The position numbers and the translations under genes are program-made. Of a DNA stretch of 21,326 nucleotides, positions 1-9,482 are shown one piece after another; position 1 is the stretch's first letter; each line of letters starts with the position of its first letter. Origin of the DNA: Chiloscyllium plagiosum (lineage: Eukaryota); assembly GCF_004010195.1 (NCBI RefSeq), contig NC_057718.1, forward strand, positions 96,557,765 through 96,579,090, in the 5' to 3' direction. The notes beneath the pieces were generated by a model. That model had not been told where the DNA came from. It saw only the letters and a program-made list of their open reading frames with translations, and searched no databases.

Positions 1-120
1 CATTCCTATGTAGAACTATATGAACTAAACAGTGCACTTCAGGATCACTTAATGATACTACCAGGCTAAAGCATTGCAGTTTATCTTGAATTTAGGAAAA
101 TAAAGCAGCTTCTGAAATTG

Positions 121-420
121 GGGTGGTACAGTGGTTAGCACTGCTGCCTCACAGCGTTCGATTCCAGCCTCAAGCGACTATCTGTGTGGAGTTTACACAT
201 TCTCCCTGTGTTTGCATGGATTTCCTCCCACAGTCCGAAGATTGTGTGGGTTAGGTGGATTGGCCATGCTAAATTATCCCATAGTGTCAGGGGGGGGGGG
301 GTTAACAATGGGAAATGCAGGATTACAGAGATGGGGTGAGTCTGGGTGGGATGCTCTTCAGAGGGTTGCTGTGGACTTAATGGGCTGAATGGCCTGCTTC
401 CGCACTGTGGGGATTCTATG
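121..420 (+). mobile_element. HE1-type tRNA-derived SINE (V-SINE), degenerate
   Basis: Head gtggttagcactgctgcctcacagcg..ttcgattcc, V-domain ctgtgtggagtttacacattctccc, LINE-like tail atgggctgaatggcctgcttccgcactgt..gattctatg; homologous to the copies at 1388 and 15092. Confidence 0.88.
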
Positions 421-467
421 CAATCAAAACGAGTCAAATTCAGATAATGTGAAAAATCCATGATATT

Positions 468-625
468 GAGGTGCTGGTGTTAGATTGGGGACTGGATGAA
501 GTTGCACAACACCAGGTTATAGTCCAGCAGGTTTATTTGAAATCACAAGCTTTCAGAGTGCTGCTCCTTCGACAGGTGAAGCAGAGGGATGCACACAGGT
601 GCAGAATTTATAAGCAGAGAGATAA
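468..625 (-). mobile_element. Penelope-like terminal repeat, second family, with decayed hammerhead motif
   Basis: Minus strand reads cCTGTCGA-aggagcagcactct-GAAA-gcttg..aataaacctgctggactataacctggtgttgtg (core about 547-576); resembles a common shark PLE repeat from memory. Confidence 0.65.
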
Positions 626-682
626 TGGCACAATAATTCCACATAATTAATCCGTGCCTATGAGCTTCCTGCCACACTCCAG

Positions 683-733
683 AATGTTGCACGGGAACAC
701 CAAGACAACCCATTTGTCTGCATTGACGACATG
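683..733 (+). other. Candidate 51-nt exon of an unidentified transcript
   Basis: Acceptor cttcctgccacactccag and consensus donor ATG|GTGAGT; length divisible by 3; open in two frames (NVAREHQDNPFVCIDDM or MLHGNTKTTHLSALTT). No homology recognised. Confidence 0.3.
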
Positions 734-799
734 GTGAGTTGTATCGCTGTTGGCTAAAGGCAGCGCGCTAAACAGGAAAAGTAAAGGCAGAAGGCTGGA

Positions 800-1020
800 G
801 ATTAAGAGGGGATTTGAGGAAACTTTTTTCTCACACAGAGGCTGGAACGCACTGCCTGGGATGGTTTTGGAGGTGGATTAACTCCTATCTTTAAAAAGTA
901 CTTGGATGAGCGCTGAAATGGATAGGACAAGTGCTGGAAAGTGGGACGAGCATCGATTTAGCATGGCTTTGGTAGACTCGATGGGCTGAAGGGTCTGTTT
1001 TGTGCTGCATGATTCGATGA
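800..1020 (+). mobile_element. CR1-clade LINE 3' fragment
   Basis: gaggggatttgaggaaac-tttt-cacacagag..tggaacgcactgcctg..tttaaaaagtacttggatgag matches the decayed CR1 ORF2 C-terminus; tail gatgggctgaaggg..atgattcgatga. Confidence 0.75.
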
Positions 1021-1149
1021 TAACTGAGATTTTTCAGACCCAGCTCCCGACATTTTTCAATGTCGTTTCCTGTACCAGGTGAATCAAAGTAAGGCTTGGA
1101 AACAAGTTGAATGTTTTGGAAGGTTGAGGTGATGGTGGGGGGGGGGGTG

Positions 1150-1797
1150 TAATTGAAACGTACAGGATACTGAAAGCCTTGGAGTGAGTGACACTACCTC
1201 AGAGAGAGGGGATGATCCTTTCAAACTGAGATGGGGAGGAACGTCTTCAGCCAGAGGGTAGTGAATCTGTGGAGCTCATTGCCACAGAAGGCTGTGTGGA
1301 GGCCAATCCATTGAGTGTGTCTAAAGCAGAGATAGATGGGTTCTTGATGAATAAGGGGATCAAGGGTTATATGGAGAAGGCAGGAGAGGGCGGCACTGTG
1401 GCTCAGTGGTTAACACCGCTGCCTCACAGCACCGGGGACTTAGGTTCGATTCCAGCTTCGGGTGACCGTCTGTGTGGAGTTTGCACGTTCTCCCCGTGTC
1501 TGCGTGGGTTTCCACCGGGCGCTCCGGTTTCCTCCCACAGTCCAAAGATGTGCAGGTCAGGTGAAGTGGCCGTGCTAAGTTGCCCATAGTGTCAGGTGCA
1601 TTTGTCAGAGGGAAAATGGGTCTGGGTGGGTTACTCTTCAGAGGGTCAGTGTGGGCTTGTTTGGCTAAAGGGCCTTTTTTCACACTGTAGGGAATCTAAT
1701 CTAAGTTGAATTGGGTTGAGAAATGTATCAGCCATGATCAAGTGGCAGTGTTGACTTGATAAGGTCAATGGCTGAATTCCACTCCTTTCTCTCCTAT
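1150..1797 (+). mobile_element. CR1 LINE 3' fragment interrupted by an HE1 SINE (1388-1704)
   Basis: Decayed FSQRVVNLWSSLPQKA..KAEIDGFLMNKGIKGY up to 1387; 3' UTR resumes at ~1705 (atcagccatgatcaagtggcag). Confidence 0.8.
1388..1704 (+). mobile_element. HE1 SINE, full length
   Basis: A box tggctcagtgg, B box ggttcgattcc, V-domain, tail cacactgtagggaatctaatcta. Confidence 0.92.
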
Positions 1798-1926
1798 TTC
1801 TTGATGAAGGGCTTATGCCCGAAACATCGATTCTCCTGCTCCTCAGATGCTGCCTGACCTGCTGCGCTTTTCTAGCACTGCACTCTCAACTCTGAATTCC
1901 AGCATCTGTAGTCCTCTCTTTCTCCT
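1798..1926 (+). mobile_element. Penelope-derived hammerhead repeat (family 1), monomer with tail
   Basis: TTGATGA-agggcttatgccc-GAAACATC at 1801-1828, then ctcctgctcctcagatgctgcctgacctgc..tttctcct. Confidence 0.85.
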
Positions 1927-2002
1927 ATCTTACGGTCCATGTTTCACACATTTACTGCTTTTGTGCCTCTTCCTTCGGGATTCTTTGCTTCCATGAAATA
2001 AG

Positions 2003-2014
2003 TGGAGCCGCAGG
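2003..2014 (+). other. Candidate 12-nt microexon
   Basis: Long pyrimidine tract 1951-1992 with TGC motifs, then aag|TGGAGCCGCAGG|gtaaga. Confidence 0.3.
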
Positions 2015-3019
2015 GTAAGAAAAAGTCTTCAAGTTCAGTCCGATCGTGATGAAAAATATGATGGCTGCGTTTTTGTTTCTAACACAATCTGCAACAGCCG
2101 TCAAACTTAGGAAGCTAAATCATTCAAGTGAGAAACGTGACTGGTGAGAGTGAAGAGATGGGAGCAAAATCGGGTTCTCTAAAATCTCTGCTTAAGGTGT
2201 ATTTGGGGCCAGATCTGCTGCAGTTTGACTCACAGTGATTTCACTCAAATCTCTTTCCTTTCCAAAGTGTCTTGTGATTTATAGCTGTACCTTTTGTGTC
2301 CCCAATTTGATCAGAACCCTTGAACCTCGTTTGCTATCCCGGGCGATCCCTGATGAAATTCGGGCCGAAACCTCCACACAGACATTACCCCAAACTATTG
2401 TCATCTTCAGAAGTACCCTGCTCAAAACAGTCTCCTCCTCCAATCGAGTCTAGACTCATGAACAGGAAGCAAAGTTGGCAACTGGAATGTCTGCAAGACA
2501 GGGTTTAACACTTGCTCGTTCTTGAAAGAAAGTAAACGGAATCCTCCTGTGTCTGACTAATCTCAGAACACCCAGACGAAGCATTTGGAAAAATATCATC
2601 TTTCCCAGGCAGGAAGTGCAGGTGTTACATTAAAGGGCTGCTAGGGGAGCTGTTTTGGAACCAACGATTGGATTTATAACTCAATTTTTTTTTACAAATT
2701 TATGCTTCATGATTAAAAACATGTTGAACGCAGACTTAATTACCACCTCTCGTGTTTTCACTTCAGTTTCTTGCAGTTGAAGGATTCGTTCATTGTTAGA
2801 AGAATTTAAAGTATAATGAGTCAAACTCTGTCACGATAGCAGATGACAAAATGTATTTGTATAACAGTTGACGGTCTGCATTTTAGATATTAGATATTGA
2901 ATGTGTATTTTCACCCTCCTATTGCTGTTCAGTCATTCTCTGTGAGTACTTTGTTTGAAATACTTAACAAGGATTATATTTAGCAGGATCACACACAATG
3001 AAATTTGGCACAAATGGCA

Positions 3020-3395
3020 ATCATAGAATGACAGAAAAGTCATAGGACTGAAAGAGGCCATTTGGCCAATTGTGAATCCACTTGAACTCCGAATAAGCAA
3101 CTCACTGTGTATCATTTTTCGCCTATCATTGGTTGCTCAGTTGAGAAGGTGATATTGAGCTGCTTTCTTGAACCACTGCAGCCAAGATAGAGTCATCGAG
3201 CATGGAAACAGGCCCTTTGGTCCAACCAGTCCATGTCGAACCCTGTCCAGCCCCCAGCTTAATAATACCCTTCCTATAACTGGGTGACTAGAACTGGACA
3301 CAATATTCCAGAAGACATCTCACCAACATCTTGTTTAACCTCATCACAACTTCTCAACTCCTAGACTCAAAGGACTGAGCAATGAAGGCAGGCAT
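3020..3395 (-). mobile_element. Cluster of CR1/HER1 LINE tail and ORF2 fragments
   Basis: Reverse tails catagaatgacag..gaggccatttggcc and atagagtcatcgagcatggaaacaggccc; ORF2 piece gggtgactagaactggacacaatattcc. Confidence 0.65.
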
Positions 3396-3739
3396 ATTAC
3401 GATGTCCTTAGGGAGGGAATTCCCCAATTGTGACCAGTGACAGTGATATATAGTTGATTCAGGATGGTGAGTGGCTTGGAGGGGAATTTGAAGGTGGTGG
3501 TATTCCCATGTACCTGCTACCCTGGTCCTACAAGGTGAATGTGGTTATGGATTTGGAAGGTGTTGTTGGAGGATCTTTGATGAGTTTTGGCAGTGCATCT
3601 TGTAGATGGTACACCCTGCTGCTACAGAGGAGTGGAGGGAGTGGATGCTTGTGGATGTGGTGCCAATCAAATTGTCCTAGATGGTGTCAAGCTTCTTGAG
3701 TGTTGTGGAGCTGAACTCATTCAGGAAAATGGGGAGTTT

Positions 3740-3834
3740 GAGATAGGCAATGGTCTAGTGGCATTATTGTGAGACTATTAATCCAGAGACTCAACTAATG
3801 TTCTGGGAACCTGGGCTTAAATCCCACTAAGGCA
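3740..3834 (+). mobile_element. 5' head of a tRNA-derived SINE (same family as 16311-16773)
   Basis: ggcaatggtctagtggcattatt..ttaatccagagac..ctgggcttaaatcccac aligns with the head at 16311. Confidence 0.75.
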
Positions 3835-3882
3835 AAAGTGAGGACTGCAAATGCTGGAAAGCAGAGTTAAGGTTAGAGTGGT
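3835..3882 (-). mobile_element. Family 1 Penelope repeat, 3' tail fragment only
   Basis: aaagtgaggactgcaaatgctggaaagcagagttaaggttagagtggt matches 16364-16411. Confidence 0.75.
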
Positions 3883-4148
3883 ACCTTCACCACACTCCTG
3901 ATTTGTGCCTTGTAGATAGTGCAGTTAGAAGGTGAGTTACTCACTGCACTATTCCTAGCCTCTGACCCGTAGCCACTGTGTTTAAGTGGCTAGTCCAGTT
4001 GAGTCTCTGGTAAATGGTAATCACAGGATGTTAATAGCGGGGGTTTCAGTGATGGTAACGCCATTGACTGTCAAGGATGGTGGTTAGATTGTCCATTATT
4101 GGAGATGGGCATTGCCTGGCGTTTGTGTGGTACAAATGTTGCTTACCA

Positions 4149-4279
4149 TATTCCTGATGAAGGGCTTATGCCTGAAACGTTGATTCTCCTGTTCCTCGGA
4201 TGCTGCCTGACCTGCTGTGCTTTTCCAGCATCACACTCTCGACTCTGATCTTCAGCATCTGCAGTCCTCACTTTCTCCT
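4149..4279 (+). mobile_element. Family 1 Penelope hammerhead repeat, monomer with tail and 10-bp TSD
   Basis: Complete unit; flanks ttgcttacca (4139-4148) and ttacttacca (4279-4288). Confidence 0.88.
4150..4185 (+). ncRNA. Minimal type I hammerhead ribozyme motif (best preserved copy)
   Basis: CTGATGA 4154-4160, stem II GGGC-ttat-GCCT, GAAAC 4174-4178, NUH triplet GTT, palindromic ACGT in place of stem III. Activity not demonstrated. Confidence 0.7.
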
Positions 4280-4482
4280 TACTTACCACTTGTCAACCCT
4301 GGATATTATTCAGAGCTTGTTGCATTTCAGAAGGAGGGATGCCTTACTGCAGTTGTACAGGGCCTTGGTGAGACTGCACCTGGATTATTGCATGCAGTTT
4401 TAATTTCCGTACTTAAGAAAGGTTATACATGCCATCGAAAGAGTGCAGCAGACGTTCACTCTGTTGACACTGTGGATGACAA

Positions 4483-4578
4483 ATGTCTAGATTAGAGTGG
4501 TGCTGGAAAAGCACAGCAGGTCAGGCAGCATCCGAGGAGCAAGAAAATCGATGTTTCTGGCAAAAGCCCTGCATCAGC
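4483..4578 (-). mobile_element. Family 1 Penelope hammerhead repeat, tail-less monomer with perfect 15-bp TSD
   Basis: cactgtggatgacaa at 4468-4482 and 4579-4593; minus core CTGATGC-agggcttttgcca-GAAACATC. Confidence 0.9.
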
Positions 4579-4631
4579 CACTGTGGATGACAAGACTTTC
4601 TTTTGAGGAGAGATTGGCTCAGAAGGATGAG

Positions 4632-5425
4632 ATTGATTGATTTATTGTCACATGTACCTAAGTACAGTGAAAACCTTTGTTTATGAGCAGTATAGGCAGA
4701 TCATAGTAACCAAGAATATACAGATCAAAAAGACTTCGACAAAGACCTACAGGCGACTTTGCACAGGGTATGCGCCAGGCGGTATCAATGTTAGCAAGAT
4801 CAGCAATATTTGAGGCTACAGAGTTCATTTCACAATTTAATAATGGCTGGGAAGAAGCTGTTCTTGAACCCACTGGTGCATGTGTTCAAGCTTCTGTATC
4901 TTCTGCCTGATGGAAGAGGTTGTGGGAGAGCATTGCCGGGGTGGGATGGGTCTTTGATAATGTTAGCAGCCTTTCCACTGCAATGAACCGTGTAAATGGA
5001 ATCCATGGATGGAAGCTTGGCTTCCAGATGGCTTGGGCTGTGCACACTGCCTTCTGCAGTTTCTGACTGTCTTGGGCAGAGCAGTTGCTGTACTAAGCCA
5101 CTCTGCATCCTGCAGAAGTTGGTGAGGGTCCTTATGGACATGGAAAAAGTGAGGACTGCAGATGCTGGAGACTTGAGTCAAAAAGTGTGGCGCTGGAAAA
5201 GCACAGTCAGTCAGGCAGCAGCCGAGGAACAGGAGAGTCAAATTTTCAGGCATTCATGAAGAAGGGCTTATGCCCAAAACTTCAACTTTCCTGCTCTTCC
5301 GATGCTGCCTGGCCTGCTGTGCTTTTCCAGAGCCACACTTTTCGACTTGGTCCTTATGGACATGCAAACTTCCTGAGCCACCTGAGGAAGAAGAGAAATT
5401 GTTGTGCCTTCCTCACTGTCGCATC
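4632..5425 (-). mobile_element. Rex1/Babar-type LINE 3' fragment
   Basis: KAANIIKDPSHPGNALPQPLPSGRRYRSL..FKNSFFPAIIKL and decayed KKAQQ.LFFLR.LRKF; tail ttgattgatttattgtcacatgtac. Confidence 0.8.
5143..5348. mobile_element. Head-to-head inverted dimer of family 1 repeat with perfect 16-bp TSD
   Basis: ggtccttatggacatg at 5127-5142 and 5349-5364; left arm minus with tail, right arm plus without tail. Confidence 0.9.
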
Positions 5426-5774
5426 CAGAGAGGATCAGATTGAAGCTCATTAAATTCTAATAGGGCGAGACAACTTCGATGCAGGAAGAGGTTTAGCTTG
5501 GCCAGTGAAGTCTAGAACCAGGGGACACAGTCTCAGGATACAGGCTAGGCTATTTAGGACTGAGATAAAGAATTTTTTTTAACTCAGAGGGTGATGAACC
5601 TGTGGAATTCTCTACCACAGAAGGAAATTGGGTCAATTCAATAAAGAGGTTGATACATTTTTCGATATTAAAGGCATGAAGGAGTATGGAGAGAAAGTGA
5701 GACTATGGTGTTGAGATAGAAGATCAGCCATAATTATACTGAATGACAAAGCAGGCCCAAAGGACCCAAGTCAG

Positions 5775-6460
5775 AAGATAAGTGCTAGGAGCAGGAGTAG
5801 GCCACTCAGCCCCTTGAGCCTGTACTTCCATTTGAAACGAGCATGGCTGATCTCATCCCAGCTCCACTGTCCTTGCTGTTGTCCATAACCTTTCAAACCC
5901 ATTACGAATTAAAAATCCTAAAGCTATGACCTCTCATTCTATACCACCTGCATCATGAAGCCTCCTTTCCACATCTACTTTGAGCATCTTAATTAGATTG
6001 TAGAATCCCTACAGCATGGAAACAGGCCATTCAGCCCATTGAGTCTACATTGACCCTCTGAAGAGCATCCCATCCAGACCCAGCCTCTTACCCCATCTCC
6101 GTAACCTTGCGTTCCCTACAGCCAATCCATCTACCCTGCACACCTTTGGACTGTGGGAGGAAACCGGAGCACCCCAAGCAGATGCGGGTGAGAACATGCA
6201 AACTCCACACAGACAATCGCCCGAGGGTGGAATCAAACCCAGGTCCCTGGCGCTGTGAGGCAGCAGTACTAACCACTGAGCCACTGTGCCAATAAACCAT
6301 TGCTTCTCAGTTTTCTGAACTCTGGAGAATGTAGGCCTAACCTGCTCAATCTCTCTTCATAAGACAAACCGCTCATTTCTGGAATCAATGCAAATACCCT
6401 TCTCGGATCTACCTTCAATGTAACTCCATCTCTCCCCAAGTAAGGGGACCACAATTATAT
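5775..6460 (-). mobile_element. CR1 LINE 3' fragment interrupted by an HE1 SINE
   Basis: Reverse tail aggagcaggagtaggccactcagcccc; WSPYLGRD..LIPEMSGLSYEERLSRLGLHSPEFRKLR at 6295-6454. Confidence 0.8.
5993..6290 (-). mobile_element. HE1 SINE
   Basis: Reverse complement of ggcacagtggctcagtggttagtactgctgcctcacagcgccagggacc through ctgtagggattcta. Confidence 0.9.
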
Positions 6461-6524
6461 GTGATGTTTGTACTTTCTGTGTTTCTAATCATGCATCATG
6501 AACACGCCTTGCCTGACCAACAAG

Positions 6525-6578
6525 TCATGGAGTGGGACTTGAACTCAGAGGTAGGGACAATACCAGTGCACCACAAGA
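6525..6578 (-). mobile_element. Decayed tRNA-derived SINE head
   Basis: Minus strand tcttgtggtgcactggtattgtccctacctctgagttcaagtcccactcca has A-box and B-box-like motifs. Confidence 0.45.
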
Positions 6579-6980
6579 TTTCCTGTCAGCAGACTTTAAT
6601 GAGATAACTAATTGGACCATTCCATCCCATTTGCACTGACACAAGTGAAGTCTCACAGCACATTATTTAACATAACCTGCCACATTACAACTACAAACAC
6701 ACACACGAATACCCATATCTAATATTATTTCCTCCTCATAAATCTAATTCTGAAAATATATTGCACCACACCATAAAAAATAAATCAAAACCTATCAGAT
6801 TTTCCTTTAACAGTAACAATGTGCGGTGCATAATGTATGGTGCACAATGAGTTATGAGCCAGTAACATCGGATGTCAGGAGTCACAAAAGCAAAGCTCTG
6901 ATGATTTATTTTTGTGAGGCGTGTTCTTGTCTGAAAACACTCATATTTTGCAGTTTCTCCTCTTTTTTTTCCTCACTAAG

Positions 6981-7050
6981 ACACTTTAGAGAGGGGCTGG
7001 AGCTATCCAGTTCTGGAAAGAATACAACGGAAGATAAGATAAATGAGAAA
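6981..7050 (+). other. Candidate 70-nt exon
   Basis: Strong pyrimidine tract tttctcctctttttttttcctcactaag, donor AAA|gtaact; open as HFREGLELSSSGKNTTEDKINEK. Confidence 0.25.
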
Positions 7051-7169
7051 GTAACTTGAAGCTTAGGGTTTAAGTACCAGATGGTAGAAGGAAGGAAAAT
7101 GTGAAGGAATAACATAATTCTTGGTTTGAGATCTTGGGGAAAGAATTTGGCTGTGAGCAAAAACCATGG

Positions 7170-7560
7170 CTTAAGAATTCTCCTTCTTGTTTATAAACCT
7201 CTCCATCGCCCCACTCTCTATTTCTGTAGTTTACTCCAGCATTAAAACCCCCTCAGAAATTTGCACACTAATTCTAGCCCCTGAGTAATCTAATGATAAT
7301 TATTCTACCATTGGCGGACATGCCTGCAGTTATCGTGAACTAAGCTCAGTAATGGACTCCTTAAACCTGTCCATCCTCCAATTCCTTTTCCTGACTCAAG
7401 AGAGTCTCAAACTTGGCCTCATGGGCCAGACATTTGGCCACATCTGACCCTGATGCTCCCTCCATAGCTTAATATCAATCTCTGTTTAGAACGCTCATGT
7501 GAACTGCTCTAGGATGTTTCATATAGTAAAGGTGCTATATTAATGCAAACTGTTGTTGAT
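7170..7560 (+). mobile_element. L2-clade LINE 3' end, old
   Basis: Decayed KILLLVYK.LH and IGGHA.S motifs; L2-type tail taaaggtgctatattaatgcaaactgttgttg. Confidence 0.65.
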
Positions 7561-7825
7561 ATGAAACAGCCTTGATGCCAATACCCTAACAAGGCAGGGA
7601 GACAGAACTGCAAGTTATAGCCAAGGATGTACAGGATTGGAGTCAGGATATTGATCAGCCCTGAACTAATTAGTGGTATATCTTTTATAATGTGAGGTCT
7701 ACACTTGGTGAGCAAACGGCAGGCTCTGTTAAATATTTATAACATGCAGAGGCTGGTAAGGCAGATATCTTGCTCCAGTCCCCATTCCCATGTGCTTTCA
7801 TGACACTATGTAGTAGCTGTACACA

Positions 7826-8097
7826 TTAGACTAGATTAGATTTCCTACAGTGTGGAAACAGACCCTTCGGCTCAACCAGTCCATACCGACCCTCTGAAGA
7901 GTAACTCACCCAGACCCATTTTCCTCTGACTAATTCACCTAGCACTATGGGCAATTTACCTGGCCTGCACATCTTGGGACTGTGGAAGGAAACTGGAGCA
8001 TCCGGAAGAAATCTACGCAGACACGGGGAGAAAGTGCAAACTCCACACAGACAGTCGCCCGAGGCTGGAATTGAACCTGGGACCCTGGCACTGTGAG
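7826..8097 (-). mobile_element. HE1 SINE, 5' end missing
   Basis: ttagactagattagatttcctacagtgtggaaacag..gcaaactccacacagacagtcgcccgaggctggaattgaacc. Confidence 0.9.
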
Positions 8098-8333
8098 ACC
8101 AATAGGAAGCATCATTTTCTTTACTCTTCAAGACCTTGGCTGAAGGGGCTGAAAGGCCTCAACCTACGCATGTTGATGCACTAGAAACTTAGAAGGAAAA
8201 AATATAAAAACATCTAACTAAAGAAAAACAAGACTTAGTTCCAACTCATAGTAAATGGCGATAAAGTTAAGGTCCATTCCATTAGGACTGCAGCTGAATA
8301 TAGTGTGCATTTCCCATGTAACATATATGCATG

Positions 8334-8495
8334 AGTCACCCTAGTCTTAGAGACAACTGGTGGTGATCTCACTTGAGGGTCACTATATCTCAGGGGGAGG
8401 GAGAGGTTGAGAAGGGGAATCCTTTATGGTCACCTCAGCCAGTATAGGAACTGAACCCACACAGTTGGTATCATACGTGTTTAACCGAGCTAAAC
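8334..8495 (-). mobile_element. tRNA-derived SINE of a third family, degenerate
   Basis: Minus strand gtttagctcggtt..gtgggttcagttcctatactggctgaggtgaccataaagg..tgaccctcaagt..caccaccagttgtctct. Confidence 0.6.
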
Positions 8496-8524
8496 GCAGC
8501 CAGTGAAATGCCCTGGCCAGGGAA

Positions 8525-8705
8525 GCAGTTGAAGGTGCCTCATTGAATGTTTTTAAGGCAAAGAAATTTTTGAACAGTAAAGGGTTACGGTGAGAGGGCG
8601 GGTAGGTGGAGCTGAGTCCATGAAAAGATCAGCCATAATCTTATTGAATGGCGGAGCAGGCTCGAGGGGCCATGGCCTACTCCTGCTCCTAGTTCTTATA
8701 TTTCT
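8525..8705 (+). mobile_element. CR1 LINE 3' end
   Basis: agatcagccataatcttattgaatggcggagcaggctcgaggggccatggcctactcctgctcctagttctta. Confidence 0.85.
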
Positions 8706-8749
8706 TAAACCGACCCCCATCGCCACATTAGAGAAAGGATGTGACTGCC

Positions 8750-9220
8750 ATGGTTGGGTTACAGAATGATTCACCAGGACGTTACCTGGGATGGAGTGAT
8801 TCAGCTATGAAGAGAGCCCGGATAGGCCGGGGCTGTTTCTCTGCGAGCAGAGAAGGCCGAGCAGGGATCTGACTGATGTCTTTGAACCTCTGAGGGTTAA
8901 CAGCAGGATAGTCCTGAGTGGAGGGGTAGTAACTAGATGGCATGGTTTCCAGTTAAACAGCAGGAGGCTTTGAGGGGACTTGAGGAAATGCTTTCTCACT
9001 CAGAAAGTGCTGGTTATCTGAAACTCATTGCTTGAAAGGATGTTAGAGGCAGGAACCCTCAAGTGTTTTAAGAACTATTTCAATGATCTCTTGAAATGCC
9101 AGAGCATACAAGACCACAAACCACGAATTGGAAAATGAGATTAGAATAGGTGGATATTTGTTTTGTGGTCTTAGTGGGCTGAGGGCCCTCTTTCTCTGGT
9201 ATAAAACCTATGACTCTTAT
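8750..9220 (+). mobile_element. CR1 LINE 3' fragment
   Basis: Decayed VQ..FTRTLPGME.FSYEE..DRPGLFLCEQRRPSRDL..RGDLRKCFLTQKV; tail ctatgactctta. Confidence 0.8.
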
Positions 9221-9482
9221 CATATCGTTCAGGTTCCATACTCATTGAAGAGCTTTACTGACATGAATGTGAATAGGGCCTGCACCATCATAGAGAGTGG
9301 ATTTCCCACACTATTCCATGAACTTCTCAGAATACTTCACTTTATCCCTTAAAATATTAAACACAGCTGATTGTTTGGAGAGTCTGGAGGCCAAATCTAA
9401 TTACTCATTTTGCAGAAATATTTAGGTTCTAAACTCACAGGGAATCCAGATGCACTACTGACAACTGTGGTGTTTAAAACTC

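Larger units (their letters stand above)
3400..4325 (-). mobile_element. Old CR1/L2-group LINE ORF2 fragment with nested insertions (3740-3882, 4149-4279)
   Basis: Continuous decayed RT-like sequence (gtcaagcttcttgagtgttgtggagctgaactcattcagg; cacactcctgatttgtgccttgtagat; attgcctggcgtttgtgtgg) that resumes after each insertion. Confidence 0.65.
4330..5765 (+). mobile_element. CR1 LINE ORF2 C-terminus and 3' UTR, split by insertions at 4483-4578 and 4632-5425
   Basis: RRDALLQLYRALVRLHLDYCMQF (CR1 motif LYxxLVRPHLEY); resumes at ~5430 with FLTQRVMNLWNSLPQK-type sequence and agatcagccat UTR. Confidence 0.82.

Noticed and set aside
290..301. Poly-G runs (also 1137-1147) as functional G-quadruplexes
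   Set aside because: Simple homopolymers in or beside decayed repeats, with no other support.
131..1683. Recurring peptides such as LCGVCTFSPCLRGFPP as a gene family
   Set aside because: They are translations of HE1 SINE copies.
1790..1928. tctcctat as TSD of the 1798 copy
   Set aside because: It overlaps the element's own 3' end (tctcct), so it cannot be told apart from microhomology.
2350..2374. CTGATGA..GAAAC as a hammerhead
   Set aside because: The intervening aattcgggcc cannot form a credible stem II and the flanks do not match the PLE repeat.
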